From a virus, in the IMG/VR virus record IMGVR_UViG_3300035698_011322, positions 1 through 64,000 of that record: 64,000 nucleotides of DNA; one strand, 5' to 3'. Of this stretch, positions 28,833 to 37,979 are shown piece by piece (the first letter of the stretch is position 1; the number at the start of each line of letters is the position of its first letter). The notes below the pieces were generated by a model that had not been told where the DNA came from, did no database searches, and worked only from the letters and a program-made list of their open reading frames with translations. The position numbers and the translations under genes were made by a program.

Positions 28833-29684
28833 TTACGCTGCCAAGAGCAGTTGATTTTCCTCATCACCATACAGATCCCCAGCCAGTCTACCCATAGTGC
28901 CGTAACGGGCTGAGAAAATATTGGAACCATTTCTAGCCTTGGTTTCGTGGGTCATAAGGTAAGTAAGGATATTAAAGGCACCCCATTTGGTGTCAGCCAA
29001 TTTTTGTTCGTTCAAAAGAGGCTCATAAGATTCACCAATAGTATTTGCCATTTTTTCGGACAAGTACTGAGTTGCCTTAGATTTACCAGTGGTAGGTTTT
29101 GTATGAAGACTAAGAAAATCATCGAAAGCCTTTTGATCAAAGGATTCTTTAGTCCATTTTTCCCACACCTTCGCGTTTTTGTGAAACATGTTGAACTTGA
29201 AGGCGAAGGATTCTCTCAGCCTATCAACATTACCATCATAGTGAGCGAATGACTCTGAGAACAAGTTTTTCTTACCCATGATCATACCATTAGAGCACAT
29301 CCAACGAAAACCCATAAGATTGTAACCGAAAGCGGTTCTACCATCATAACCATTATACACTTCAAGGCACACACCGACCACATCGGAAGGCAAGATCTCA
29401 GCGTTCAAACGACTATCATCGAAAAGGAACTGACGCTTCCACCTTTTGGTAGTCGAATCCATATGATCCTTGACCTTGGCAACACCAAACTCGCTGACTG
29501 CTTCTTCAAACAAATTACTGACAGCCTGATTTTCAACAATATCATAACCAGGTGAAACAAAACCAATCACAGTATTCAGTTCATCATTAACGAGTGCTAC
29601 TTTGTTAGGTATCTCAACACCCGAAGCCGTATGAACGGTTTCTTTCTTTACATTGAAAAACGGATTTCTTGGTTCGATATACAT
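28833..29684 (-). CDS. DUF932/DUF945-family protein
   Basis: VSPGYDIVEN, NGYDG, CSNGM, WGAFNILT. Confidence 0.8.
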   Translation of the reverse strand: MYIEPRNPFFNVKKETVHTASGVEIPNKVALVNDELNTVIGFVSPGYDIVENQAVSNLFEEAVSEFGVAKVKDHMDSTTKRWKRQFLFDDSRLNAEILPSDVVGVCLEVYNGYDGRTAFGYNLMGFRWMCSNGMIMGKKNLFSESFAHYDGNVDRLRESFAFKFNMFHKNAKVWEKWTKESFDQKAFDDFLSLHTKPTTGKSKATQYLSEKMANTIGESYEPLLNEQKLADTKWGAFNILTYLMTHETKARNGSNIFSARYGTMGRLAGDLYGDEENQLLLAA

Positions 29685-29685
29685 A

Positions 29686-29761
29686 TTTCACACTCCTTTT
29701 TGATTTCTAAGAACATTGTAACACAAAATAAAGTTTGTGTAAATCACTTTTTAATTTCTTT
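29686..29761 (-). repeat. Promoter+RBS cassette, copy 1 (copy 2 at 34086..34162)
   Basis: ~75 bp near-identical direct repeat containing TTTACA-N17-TACAAT and AAGGAG. Confidence 0.9.
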
Positions 29762-29782
29762 TACTCTCCTCTATATATTGTT

Positions 29783-30034
29783 TTAGTTTATTCCCCCTTT
29801 ATACGAAAAAAACATATCTGCTGATTTAAACATGACACTGCAATTTTTGCAGATACAATATTCTATCCAGCTGCTCCCCCCAGGCCCTAATATCCCATTG
29901 TTTGATACGATTTCAGTGTATCCTTTATCTGAAAGACATACTGGGCATATACAGTCGTCCGTTATGTCAGTTGCTTCTATCTTGCTGTGTCTATCACACA
30001 CGGCATCTTGTTCAAACGGTACATCTCTTAACAT
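29783..30034 (-). CDS. Zinc-finger protein
   Basis: CPVC...CKNC; AAGGAGG RBS. Confidence 0.65.
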   Translation of the reverse strand: MLRDVPFEQDAVCDRHSKIEATDITDDCICPVCLSDKGYTEIVSNNGILGPGGSSWIEYCICKNCSVMFKSADMFFSYKGGIN

Positions 30035-30159
30035 AATACCTCCTTAGTTTGTCGCTCCCTGATTGGTTTCATTTTTCTTTTGTATCGGGATTAATATATT
30101 CAGTACACTTGCCTTCTTTGTCAACATAAATCCCCATTTAATCATGCTTTGGATTGTGT

Positions 30160-31029
30160 TCATGCGGCCTTGTCTTTGACGGCGGTTTCAATTTCGTACA
30201 GCGCCTTGCAATACTCATAAGCCATGCAACATTTCTCGTAGTCGTCACCAGGCTCGACTTGGCTTCTATATTTGTCTGTGGCAACGATCTTGTCCCACTC
30301 AGCCATGGTATGAAGGTTGCATCCAATTTGCAGAAATTTGTCGTAAAGTGTGACATTAAAGCTACACGTACCGATTAAATTAATGACAGTTTTAGTGATT
30401 TTCGCATCGCCGGAGACCCTCGCATCGCCGGAGACTATCGCATCACCACAGACCTTCGCATCACCACAGACCCACGCATTGCTGGAGACCCCCGCATTGC
30501 CGTAGACCCATGCATTGCCGTAAACCTTCGTATCACCACAGACCCTCGCCTTGCCGTAGACCCATGCATTGCCGTAAACCTTCGTATCACCACAGACCCA
30601 CGCATTGCCGTAAACCTTCGTATTACCATAGACCCTCGCATTGCCGTAGACCCATGCATTACCATAGACCCTCGCATTGCCGTAGACCCATGCATTGCCG
30701 TAAACCTTCGCATCACCACAGACCCACGCATTGCCGGAGACATCCACATCGCCGTAGACCATCGCATCACCGCAGACCTCCGCATCGCCGGAGACCTTCG
30801 CATTGCCGGAGACCTTCGCATTGCCGGAGACCCTCGCATTGCCGGAGACCCACGCATCGCCGAAGACCCACGCATCGCCGAAGACATCCAGGTTTTTACC
30901 AGATTCCACAAACCCACCCTTTTCTCTTTTTTCCACGTCTCCAAACGAGATTAGCGCCTCAATGCGGAATAAGGTTCGGCCAAGAAATGTTTTTGTTTCT
31001 TTGGTGAGTTTGTACTTTTTGTTTTTCAT
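30160..31029 (-). CDS. Hexapeptide-repeat beta-helix protein
   Basis: ~25 x G(N/D)A(W/R/K)V(Y/S/C) repeats; start MKNKKY after AAGGAGG. Confidence 0.85.
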   Translation of the reverse strand: MKNKKYKLTKETKTFLGRTLFRIEALISFGDVEKREKGGFVESGKNLDVFGDAWVFGDAWVSGNARVSGNAKVSGNAKVSGDAEVCGDAMVYGDVDVSGNAWVCGDAKVYGNAWVYGNARVYGNAWVYGNARVYGNTKVYGNAWVCGDTKVYGNAWVYGKARVCGDTKVYGNAWVYGNAGVSSNAWVCGDAKVCGDAIVSGDARVSGDAKITKTVINLIGTCSFNVTLYDKFLQIGCNLHTMAEWDKIVATDKYRSQVEPGDDYEKCCMAYEYCKALYEIETAVKDKAA

Positions 31030-31154
31030 GTTTTCCTCCTTTAAGTTAGGCAGCGAGGCTTTACCAGGGCTTGTCTCCCTGGCGTCACCCGTTGTGACTT
31101 GCCCCACCGTTGTTGCCGAAGTGCGTAAGCATTGAAGGTGGCTTCGGCAAAACA

Positions 31155-31865
31155 TTAAATCTTAATTCCAATGTTGTAAAAAACCAGTGCGAATATTGCC
31201 GCGAATGCCGCTATTTCTATTAGTATTTTTTTCATGTTCCCCCCCCTTTTCTTTACAATCATTGATGTTAATCTACGATTATATTTATCTAATATTTTTT
31301 CGTTTATGTTAGGATCCCAATCACCCTTGGTAATGTCCCTAGTAGCATCCCAGGCAGCGTTCCAGGCAGCGGCTATGGCAGTGCCCCCGGCAGTGCCCCC
31401 GGCAGCTGCCCTGGCAGCGGCCCCGGCAGCGGCCCTGGCAGCAAGAGTGGCAGAGTACCAGGCAGCATCCCAAGCAGCGGTCCAGGCAGCGACTCTTAAT
31501 AAGTCATTGCCTGTTTTTAAATATTCGGTGACAATAGCAGGTGCCTCCCATAAGTGTATAACGTCAAGAGCACAGCGACGAGTAAAGTCATTGAGTACAT
31601 CTGTTGCATCATATCCCCACAGATATTTTCGTTTAGTAGCTGCGATTTTATCAGCACCAATATCAAATTTTCCAGAAAGTTCTACTCGCCAGATTATCGG
31701 CCCGGGAGAATATAACAGCGCATCAATTATTCTTTGAGATCCGTGTAGCCCTTGAAGGCAAAGTCGTGGTATACAATTAACTTTGTGCATTCGGTTTTTC
31801 CGAATTTGTCGGCAATCACCATATTTAAGCTTTCTATCAAGTTGAGAAAACCACCATACTTTCAT
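31155..31865 (-). CDS. Phage protein with AAWDAA-type repeats
   Basis: C..GLHGS....DAL.Y; Ala-rich repeats. Confidence 0.72.
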   Translation of the reverse strand: MKVWWFSQLDRKLKYGDCRQIRKNRMHKVNCIPRLCLQGLHGSQRIIDALLYSPGPIIWRVELSGKFDIGADKIAATKRKYLWGYDATDVLNDFTRRCALDVIHLWEAPAIVTEYLKTGNDLLRVAAWTAAWDAAWYSATLAARAAAGAAARAAAGGTAGGTAIAAAWNAAWDATRDITKGDWDPNINEKILDKYNRRLTSMIVKKRGGNMKKILIEIAAFAAIFALVFYNIGIKI

Positions 31866-31866
31866 T

Positions 31867-32064
31867 TTATTCTCCTCCTTTAGTTGGCTCGGGTATCGGG
31901 CCAGCCCATTTGCTATTATCTGATAATCCCCAGCCGATAGTACATACATCGCCATTCAAAATCTTGACAAAAACTACCCGTGGACTGTTATTGCCTGGGT
32001 GAGATTTTGGTGGTTTTTCCCAATACCAACCCATCGTTGTTGGTTTTTCTTTTGTCCATTTCAT
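31867..32064 (-). CDS. Small phage protein
   Basis: WTKEKPT..GWYW...WAGPIPEP. Confidence 0.7.
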   Translation of the reverse strand: MKWTKEKPTTMGWYWEKPPKSHPGNNSPRVVFVKILNGDVCTIGWGLSDNSKWAGPIPEPTKGGE

Positions 32065-32074
32065 TTTGTATTCC

Positions 32075-32287
32075 TTATTCTACCGTTACGGCGTCCATTA
32101 CAGTTGTTAGTAAATGGGTATAGTCGCCCGTGGTGGCCTCGTCGATTACTGATGTTATATAATCCTGATCCGCCCCGGCTGCTTTGAGTGCTCGTTTCAT
32201 GGTTCCAATTATCGCAAAAGCATTTCCAGATTTTCCTTCTAAAGAAATTGTCGGTTTTGTTTTTGGTATTTCCATGTTTTCCTCCAT
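32075..32287 (-). CDS. Small conserved phage protein
   Basis: GNAFAIIG....AL..AG...GDY..LL. Confidence 0.7.
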   Translation of the reverse strand: MEENMEIPKTKPTISLEGKSGNAFAIIGTMKRALKAAGADQDYITSVIDEATTGDYTHLLTTVMDAVTVE

Positions 32288-32335
32288 TTCCCAAAAATGT
32301 TGTTCTTAATCCCTTAGTGTCAAACTTACTTGTTC

Positions 32336-32626
32336 CTAATATCCTCCATCAAACGGTTGGGTTCTCCTTGACGCCATAATCTCCGCTCTACTCTTACCTT
32401 TTTTCGGAACAGAATCCCCTCCTGTACATCCTGCAGAAAATCTATATACATCCTGCAGAACATTTAACTCTTCTTTCAAAGTTGTAATCTCGTTTGATAA
32501 AATCTTCTCTTTGAGCAAGAGCCATCTATCGGGCCATGTATCCCTGGCATCTGATTCATATTCACTACTCAATGGTTTTTGAGCAATTATTTCATTCATC
32601 AATTCTATGATCTTTGAACTTTTCAT
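32336..32626 (-). CDS. Hypothetical protein
   Basis: ATGA-coupled ORF. Confidence 0.55.
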   Translation of the reverse strand: MKSSKIIELMNEIIAQKPLSSEYESDARDTWPDRWLLLKEKILSNEITTLKEELNVLQDVYRFSAGCTGGDSVPKKGKSRAEIMASRRTQPFDGGY

Positions 32627-32862
32627 AACCCGTCTATCCAAGATATAGATTTTAATTCGTTATTATCATTAAGCTGAAAAGATATTTTCCCATCTTTAGG
32701 AACCTCAGGATAAAGCACCCTTATAGCATCCCAAAAGTTGTCTGAAGTTCTTTTGACAAGAATTGCACTTTCCTGAAATGCTACTCGCGCCGCATCATGT
32801 GATTCTCTTAGTGTTTCTAAATGATCTACGTGGTCTTCTTCCACTTCAATTCTGTTTAACAT
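32623..32862 (-). CDS. Hypothetical protein (MLNRIEVEE start)
   Basis: RBS; N-terminus shared with the next gene. Confidence 0.65.
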   Translation of the reverse strand: MLNRIEVEEDHVDHLETLRESHDAARVAFQESAILVKRTSDNFWDAIRVLYPEVPKDGKISFQLNDNNELKSISWIDGL

Positions 32863-32907
32863 TTTTTCTCCTTTTTTGCGAATGGGATTTGTTACGAAGC
32901 GCCCTCA

Positions 32908-33144
32908 TTATTCGTTTTCTTCTCCACCATATTTTTTGAAACAGCGAATGGCATATCCTAAAGACATAAAATAACGTGACGGTCTTACCGGATCTTTCAT
33001 TAATTCCATATATACCTCTAGCAATGCTTTAAGAACCTTCTCTTTTGCCATTGCTCTTATTTGAGGTTCATCTACCCACTCGATAGTGCTATTGTCAGAC
33101 CGTCCACTATGTTGGCCTTCTTCCACTTCAATTCTGTTTAACAT
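32908..33144 (-). CDS. Hypothetical protein (MLNRIEVEE start)
   Basis: RBS; duplicated N-terminus. Confidence 0.6.
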   Translation of the reverse strand: MLNRIEVEEGQHSGRSDNSTIEWVDEPQIRAMAKEKVLKALLEVYMELMKDPVRPSRYFMSLGYAIRCFKKYGGEENE

Positions 33145-33172
33145 TTTCTACTCCTTCTTAAATTTTCAAGTA

Positions 33173-33391
33173 CTATGATAATTCCCAAAAGTGTTTATCA
33201 ATTAACGCGCTAATTTTTGGTGGTAAATCTTTTTGGTTTCTGATAATATTTTCAAATACTTCAACGTGTGCCGCACAAAGAGCCACAACCTCCATGTCGT
33301 CCTCGTCAAATTTACAGCAGCATCCACTTCTATTTTTTCGCAGAGCAGAATCTTTCCCTGCTTGCCATCTTTTTGCAAAATCTTTAGCCAT
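33173..33391 (-). CDS. Hypothetical protein
   Basis: AAGGAGG RBS. Confidence 0.65.
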   Translation of the reverse strand: MAKDFAKRWQAGKDSALRKNRSGCCCKFDEDDMEVVALCAAHVEVFENIIRNQKDLPPKISALIDKHFWELS

Positions 33392-33405
33392 AATTTTTCT
33401 CCTCC

Positions 33406-33798
33406 TTAGCGCCACCATTGCATAAGTTCTGGATTCTCATATATATTGCCCACTATTTGCATTTCTGGGTATGAATATCCACCTAGTGATGTAACTGGGC
33501 CAGAAAAGAAGCCAAATCCCATGTAGCATTCGTCCCACTGGCAGACATAAATAGTGCCATTTACATCAACAATATCCCCCTCGTAAATCTCTATACCTGA
33601 TTTATCTTTTAGCCATATGTATTGCATGAGTGTCCAGCCGTCATCAGTCCACGGCGCAGTAAATGGGTATCCAATATCAGGATCTTTCTCACATATAAAC
33701 CACACGTCTAGATCGATAATTTCTTGATAAAACATTAGATAACCATCTTTAGTATCTTTGAATGGTTCATAAATTGCTCTAAATTTAATCTTTTGCAT
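33406..33798 (-). CDS. YopX-family protein
   Basis: IKFRA, LMQY..LKDKSG.EIYEGDIV, VGNIYENPEL. Confidence 0.9.
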   Translation of the reverse strand: MQKIKFRAIYEPFKDTKDGYLMFYQEIIDLDVWFICEKDPDIGYPFTAPWTDDGWTLMQYIWLKDKSGIEIYEGDIVDVNGTIYVCQWDECYMGFGFFSGPVTSLGGYSYPEMQIVGNIYENPELMQWWR

Positions 33799-33848
33799 TT
33801 TGTGCCCTCCTTCTTTACAGGCGCAATCACAGTAAGTTTCTGCTTTTA

Positions 33849-34091
33849 TTATATTTTTCTCCGTTTGAACTTACGTTTCACCGAGTATTTCGGTTTTTCA
33901 TAGTCCACAATTTTATTCGTTTTGAGAGCACACCCACCAAGTCTAGCGAATACGGAAGGATCAATATAGGCTTTACAAATAGAGTCCTCATAAACCTTAT
34001 CGCATCCCGTACACATTTTTTCGTCAATAGGTTTTCTTGTCACATTCTCATTTGGAAGTACATCAATATATTTTCTTTTAGACATTTTCAC
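33849..34091 (-). CDS. Small Cys-containing protein
   Basis: CTGC..C..C; downstream of promoter cassette. Confidence 0.65.
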   Translation of the reverse strand: MKMSKRKYIDVLPNENVTRKPIDEKMCTGCDKVYEDSICKAYIDPSVFARLGGCALKTNKIVDYEKPKYSVKRKFKRRKI

Positions 34092-34162
34092 ACTCCTTTT
34101 TGATTTCTAAGAACATTGTAACACAAAATAAAGTTTGTGTAAACCACTTTTTTAATTTCTTT
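34086..34162 (-). repeat. Promoter+RBS cassette, copy 2
   Basis: Direct repeat of 29686..29761. Confidence 0.9.
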
Positions 34163-34181
34163 CATCTTTATTACTGTTTAA

Positions 34182-34257
34182 TGGCATGCCTGGTAGGATC
34201 AAAACCCACGACAATCTGATTAGAAGTCAGATGCTCTATTCCCTGAGATACAGCGCA
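34182..34257 (-). tRNA. tRNA-Arg(TCT), degenerate
   Basis: TCTGA-CTTCTAA-TCAGA arm, CCA; altered T-loop and acceptor. Confidence 0.65.
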
Positions 34258-34521
34258 TTATTTATTATTTCTTTACGTAACCCTTTCCCTCACATGTTCT
34301 ACAGTATTCAGTGACATCATGACCACAGAATATAGTAATTTCTCCATCGCCAAGACAATCTTCGCATACTTTTATCGGTAAATTAAATTCTTTTTTAAGT
34401 TCCTCAATTTGTTCTACACCCATTGGTTAACCTCCAGTCAATTCAATATCTACAATGATATCACTAATTTGCTCTAAATTATGCCTTATTACTCTTTTGT
34501 CAATTACTTCATTTAACATAG

Positions 34522-35244
34522 TCAAAAGTGCATCCTATTCATTTTATCAACACTATGAATGTTTATACGCCTTTCATCATTTTTATAACCATTACAAAGA
34601 ATATAAGCAGATTTAGGTGTAGTTCTAGTAAGTCGTTCCCACTTTAGGCCATTCTTATATCTCACAAGAACTTTAACACCCTCATAATGTTTATTCTTTC
34701 TCAGACCAAGTTTTTCAAACTGAACATCTGCAATAGTTTGTTTAACTTTGGCAATTGATTTTCTCTGATTCTTATTAAATTCAAGTTTTTGCTGGCCTTC
34801 GTTTACTATGAATTCGTCAGCCATACCAACGATATCAAACACAACCGCATTGGTAACAACTTTCCATAACTCATTGTTTTTAAAGTCATATATACTGAAT
34901 TCGCGTTTGCCTCTATTATATCCCTTTTTTATTTCACGGATTGCAATGATAACACCATGAAGGGTTTTTTCTTTTTTCTTGAAAATAAATCTATGGCGAA
35001 TGATAGCACCGACAACGGCCTCGAATACTGAATTAGCGAAAGAACTAGCTTTCTGATCAAAAGCAGATGTATTGAATGAACCGTCAAGAGCCAATCCCCA
35101 TTTTCTGGCAAGAGTCAAAAGTGCATAAGGTCGGTCTTTATTAGCAATGACTTCACGCATTTTAGCACCTGATGCAAATTCCGAATTGGTCATATCGGGG
35201 TGAACTTGTTTAGATATTTCTCTGAATAGTGATTTATCATTCAT
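34522..35244 (-). CDS. Protein with N-terminal J-domain-like HPD motif
   Basis: FREISKQVHPD...KMREV. Confidence 0.6.
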   Translation of the reverse strand: MNDKSLFREISKQVHPDMTNSEFASGAKMREVIANKDRPYALLTLARKWGLALDGSFNTSAFDQKASSFANSVFEAVVGAIIRHRFIFKKKEKTLHGVIIAIREIKKGYNRGKREFSIYDFKNNELWKVVTNAVVFDIVGMADEFIVNEGQQKLEFNKNQRKSIAKVKQTIADVQFEKLGLRKNKHYEGVKVLVRYKNGLKWERLTRTTPKSAYILCNGYKNDERRINIHSVDKMNRMHF

Positions 35245-35459
35245 TATACAATCTCCCCTTCCCCCCAACCGCCTGACCTTACTTTAATTTTTTCGATATT
35301 ACCCTCGTTACGCGGGCACAATATATTATTCATATGTTCCTTAACAAGTTTTTCGCACTTTTCTGCCAATTTCCAACCAAGATCATATGTCCCTGTTCCA
35401 TCATCCTCAATTGATGCTTCAAAAGACATATCTATATATACTGTAAATTTCTTTTTCAT
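35244..35459 (-). CDS. Hypothetical protein
   Basis: Coupled ORF. Confidence 0.6.
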   Translation of the reverse strand: MKKKFTVYIDMSFEASIEDDGTGTYDLGWKLAEKCEKLVKEHMNNILCPRNEGNIEKIKVRSGGWGEGEIV

Positions 35460-35705
35460 TTAGGCCACCACCTTTGTGAGCAATCTATCAATTCTTTCAT
35501 GTGTAACAGATTTACCGAAAACAGCACGACTTTGGCTGGATATTCTGCCAGACCGAAAAGCACCACCTTTACCAATAAAAATTTTAGGGTCAATGCCATC
35601 TTTTTCAAAGGTTCTGTACTTTCTGGATTTAGTCAAAATTTCCTCATATCCTCGAAGGGTTACGAATTCCACAAGTTTTTCAGATACCGTTTTTCTTTTA
35701 GCCAT
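35460..35705 (-). CDS. Small basic early protein
   Basis: AAGGA RBS; early promoter upstream. Confidence 0.7.
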   Translation of the reverse strand: MAKRKTVSEKLVEFVTLRGYEEILTKSRKYRTFEKDGIDPKIFIGKGGAFRSGRISSQSRAVFGKSVTHERIDRLLTKVVA

Positions 35706-35792
35706 GATTTTCGATTCCTTTCAATTTTTTCTTGATTATAAAAATATTGTAACACAGAAAATGTTTTATGTAAACCACTTATTCTAGAGCAT

Positions 35793-35821
35793 AAAAAATG
35801 GGGATTCTAAGGATATCCCCA
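35793..35821 (-). terminator. Intrinsic terminator
   Basis: TGGGGAT...ATCCCCA followed by T6 on minus strand. Confidence 0.75.
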
Positions 35822-35846
35822 AAGCCTGTCGGGTCACAGCAGACAA

Positions 35847-35974
35847 CACTGGGTGATTTCGGTTCTAGCTTGATTTAAGTGAGTGAACCTGGCATGACCT
35901 ACAATGCTCACTGGGTGATTTCGGTTCTAGCTTGATTTAAGTGAGTGAACCTGGCATGACCTACAATGCTCACT
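35847..35974. repeat. Exact tandem duplication of a 62-bp non-coding unit
   Basis: Copies start at 35847 and 35909. Confidence 0.95.
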
Positions 35975-36001
35975 ATCCGAATCCAATAATTAGGGGGTTC
36001 A

Positions 36002-36175
36002 TTACCCTATGGTAATGAACTCAAAGTCATTGAATTTCAGGTTATCGCTCATGCGAATCATATTGCGGACGAACTTTTCAGCCTTGAAACGAGCGGAGAA
36101 AACGCGGGCTTTGGAAGTGGATTTGGAAGCTACAAGAACACGACCTTCTTTAATAACAATAGTGGATTTTGCCAT
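36002..36175 (-). CDS. 57-aa basic early protein
   Basis: Manual translation MAKSTIVIKEGRVLVASK...FEFITIG; AAAGGAG RBS; promoter 36212-36240. Confidence 0.8.
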   Translation of the reverse strand: MAKSTIVIKEGRVLVASKSTSKARVFSARFKAEKFVRNMIRMSDNLKFNDFEFITIG

Positions 36176-36256
36176 GATATAATCTCCTTTGATTTTTTAT
36201 TGAACTGTTTTAATATAACCCATTGTATCGCCAATGTAAATGCCTAATGTTTTAAT

Positions 36257-36499
36257 TCATATAAAAAACAACTCTTCTTCTAATTCAAACTCATTATATA
36301 ATTGAAACCTATCATCCATATATCCTTGACCAGTGCAATCCCCTTCTAATGTAATACTATGAGGTCTAGTAGATTTAACAACTACATATGTATACTCAGA
36401 AAAAAGCCAATCCAGATGTTTAATAAAATCATCAATCCATGCCGGTCCGGTAAAACAGATATTCTGTACTACTTTATCTCCAACTTCAAATTTACTCAT
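36257..36499 (-). CDS. Hypothetical protein
   Basis: GAGGGG RBS; resembles 3401..3667 at both ends. Confidence 0.65.
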   Translation of the reverse strand: MSKFEVGDKVVQNICFTGPAWIDDFIKHLDWLFSEYTYVVVKSTRPHSITLEGDCTGQGYMDDRFQLYNEFELEEELFFI

Positions 36500-36549
36500 A
36501 TCAACCCCTCATGTAACGTTTTAATTTTGTTTTTCTCTCGACTGAAACC

Positions 36550-37067
36550 ATACTAACAACCTTGAACCGACTTGTAAATCATAAATAAAATTTTAAGAAT
36601 AATTAAAAAATATGGCTAAATGAATGTATAACTTCTCACCTTATTTAATTCGCTTCTGAAACCATACTTTCCAATTGAAATTGGTTGTAACGTTTTGATT
36701 TTGTTTCGTTTTTGACCGTACCAACGTTGGAGTTTGTTTAAATTGTTTTTGTTTTATTTTCCGAAGAAAATTTGGTAGGAAAATCAAGGGTTTACTAAAC
36801 GTCTTAAGCCGTTTTTCAACTCTTCCAATGTTTTATGACATCGGCTACCCGAACTGTTTTAATATAATTCATTGTATCGCCAATGTAAACGCCTATGGTT
36901 TTTTCTTTAATTAACTCATAGGGTAAAAATTTAGATTCTTAAATGAAATCGGTGGTTTATATAACCAAAGTTTCGGGCAGAATCGACATCTTTGTAAAAT
37001 GTTTTTAATATAATTTATTTTTCCTCTCGACTGAAACTATAATACCAAATTCCACCCACAATGTAAA
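36550..37067 (-). promoter_or_regulatory. Battery of leftward early promoters
   Basis: TTTACA-N17-(TAGTAT/TATATT/TATTAT) with -35 boxes at 36573, 36884, 37062. Confidence 0.7.
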
Positions 37068-37144
37068 TCATAAAATTATCTCCAATAAAATCAGATCCTT
37101 ATATAATCCTATGGGTTTTCAAGAGAAAATCGAATCAGGATTTT

Positions 37145-37660
37145 ACTCAAAATATCGATTCTGGGCAACTCAGGTGACGCTGGTTGGGTCAAAAAACATT
37201 TCGAATGTTATGGGTCGCGTTATGGAATCAAATATTTTCTGTGGTCTAATATCAATATCCTTAATGATGTCAGGGTGTTATCCTATATAATTATATGCCG
37301 CAACAGTATCCTCAATGATTTCTGGGGTTTATGTGTGCAGTGTTTTACCACAGTGACCTACCCGATGCATGCCTCATATTAGGGGCACTTATGCTCTACC
37401 TGAGGCACAGTGCCCAACTTGAGGCACAGTGCCACCTACCTGAGGCACAAAATGTGCAGTGAAATCCTGCACCTTTTATCCAATGATCTCAGGGAATTAT
37501 AACGTGTCATATAATTATACATGGCAAGGCCCTGATTTTATTGGAGATATTGATAATGGATCGATTTTCTGGTCGTGATTCCATAACGGCCCATTATATC
37601 TCTTTTGGATTTTAACCCACCAGAATTGACCTGAGTTGCTCTGAGGGTATATTTTGAATG
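37145..37660. repeat. ~500-bp imperfect inverted repeat with central TGAGGCACA direct repeats; candidate origin
   Basis: Mirror blocks 37165-75/37629-39, 37218-30/37576-88, 37286-97/37508-19 all centre on ~37402. Confidence 0.8.
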
Positions 37661-37716
37661 TACTTTCAGGAGGTTATGGTGATCCAAATATGCCCCAAAA
37701 TTTTTAATATGAGGCG

Positions 37717-37935
37717 GTTTACATCTGAGTCAAAAATTGGTAGAATGGTTTTGTGGTTGGGAGATTTACCCCGACCCATGTGTCTCAAAAAACAAATTAA
37801 TATGAGACAGTTTACAATCGAGTTAAAAATTGTTATAGTGTACGTGTTGTTCGGAAATTGTTTTTAAAAACGGAAATGGTTTTAAAAATTGTTTGAAAAT
37901 TGTTCGTTTACAAGTTAGTTCAAAGTTGTTAGAAT
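37717..37935 (+). promoter_or_regulatory. Three tandem rightward early promoters
   Basis: GTTTACA-N17-TAGAAT/TATAGT at 37717, 37810, 37906. Confidence 0.8.
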
Positions 37936-37979
37936 GTGTTTATTGAGTGAGTAAATTGTTAAAGAAATTGTTAACTAAA

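Noticed and set aside
30400-30890. CRISPR or DGR-like repeats, and the Arg/His-rich ORFs 30435..30944 and 30510..31007
   Set aside because: These are 18-nt coding repeats of the hexapeptide protein; the other frames are shadows, and no reverse transcriptase is present.
35847-35974. CRISPR array
   Set aside because: Units are identical end to end with no unique spacers; no cas genes in the window.
37658-37867. 69-aa ORF
   Set aside because: It spans the periodic promoter battery and has no clear RBS.
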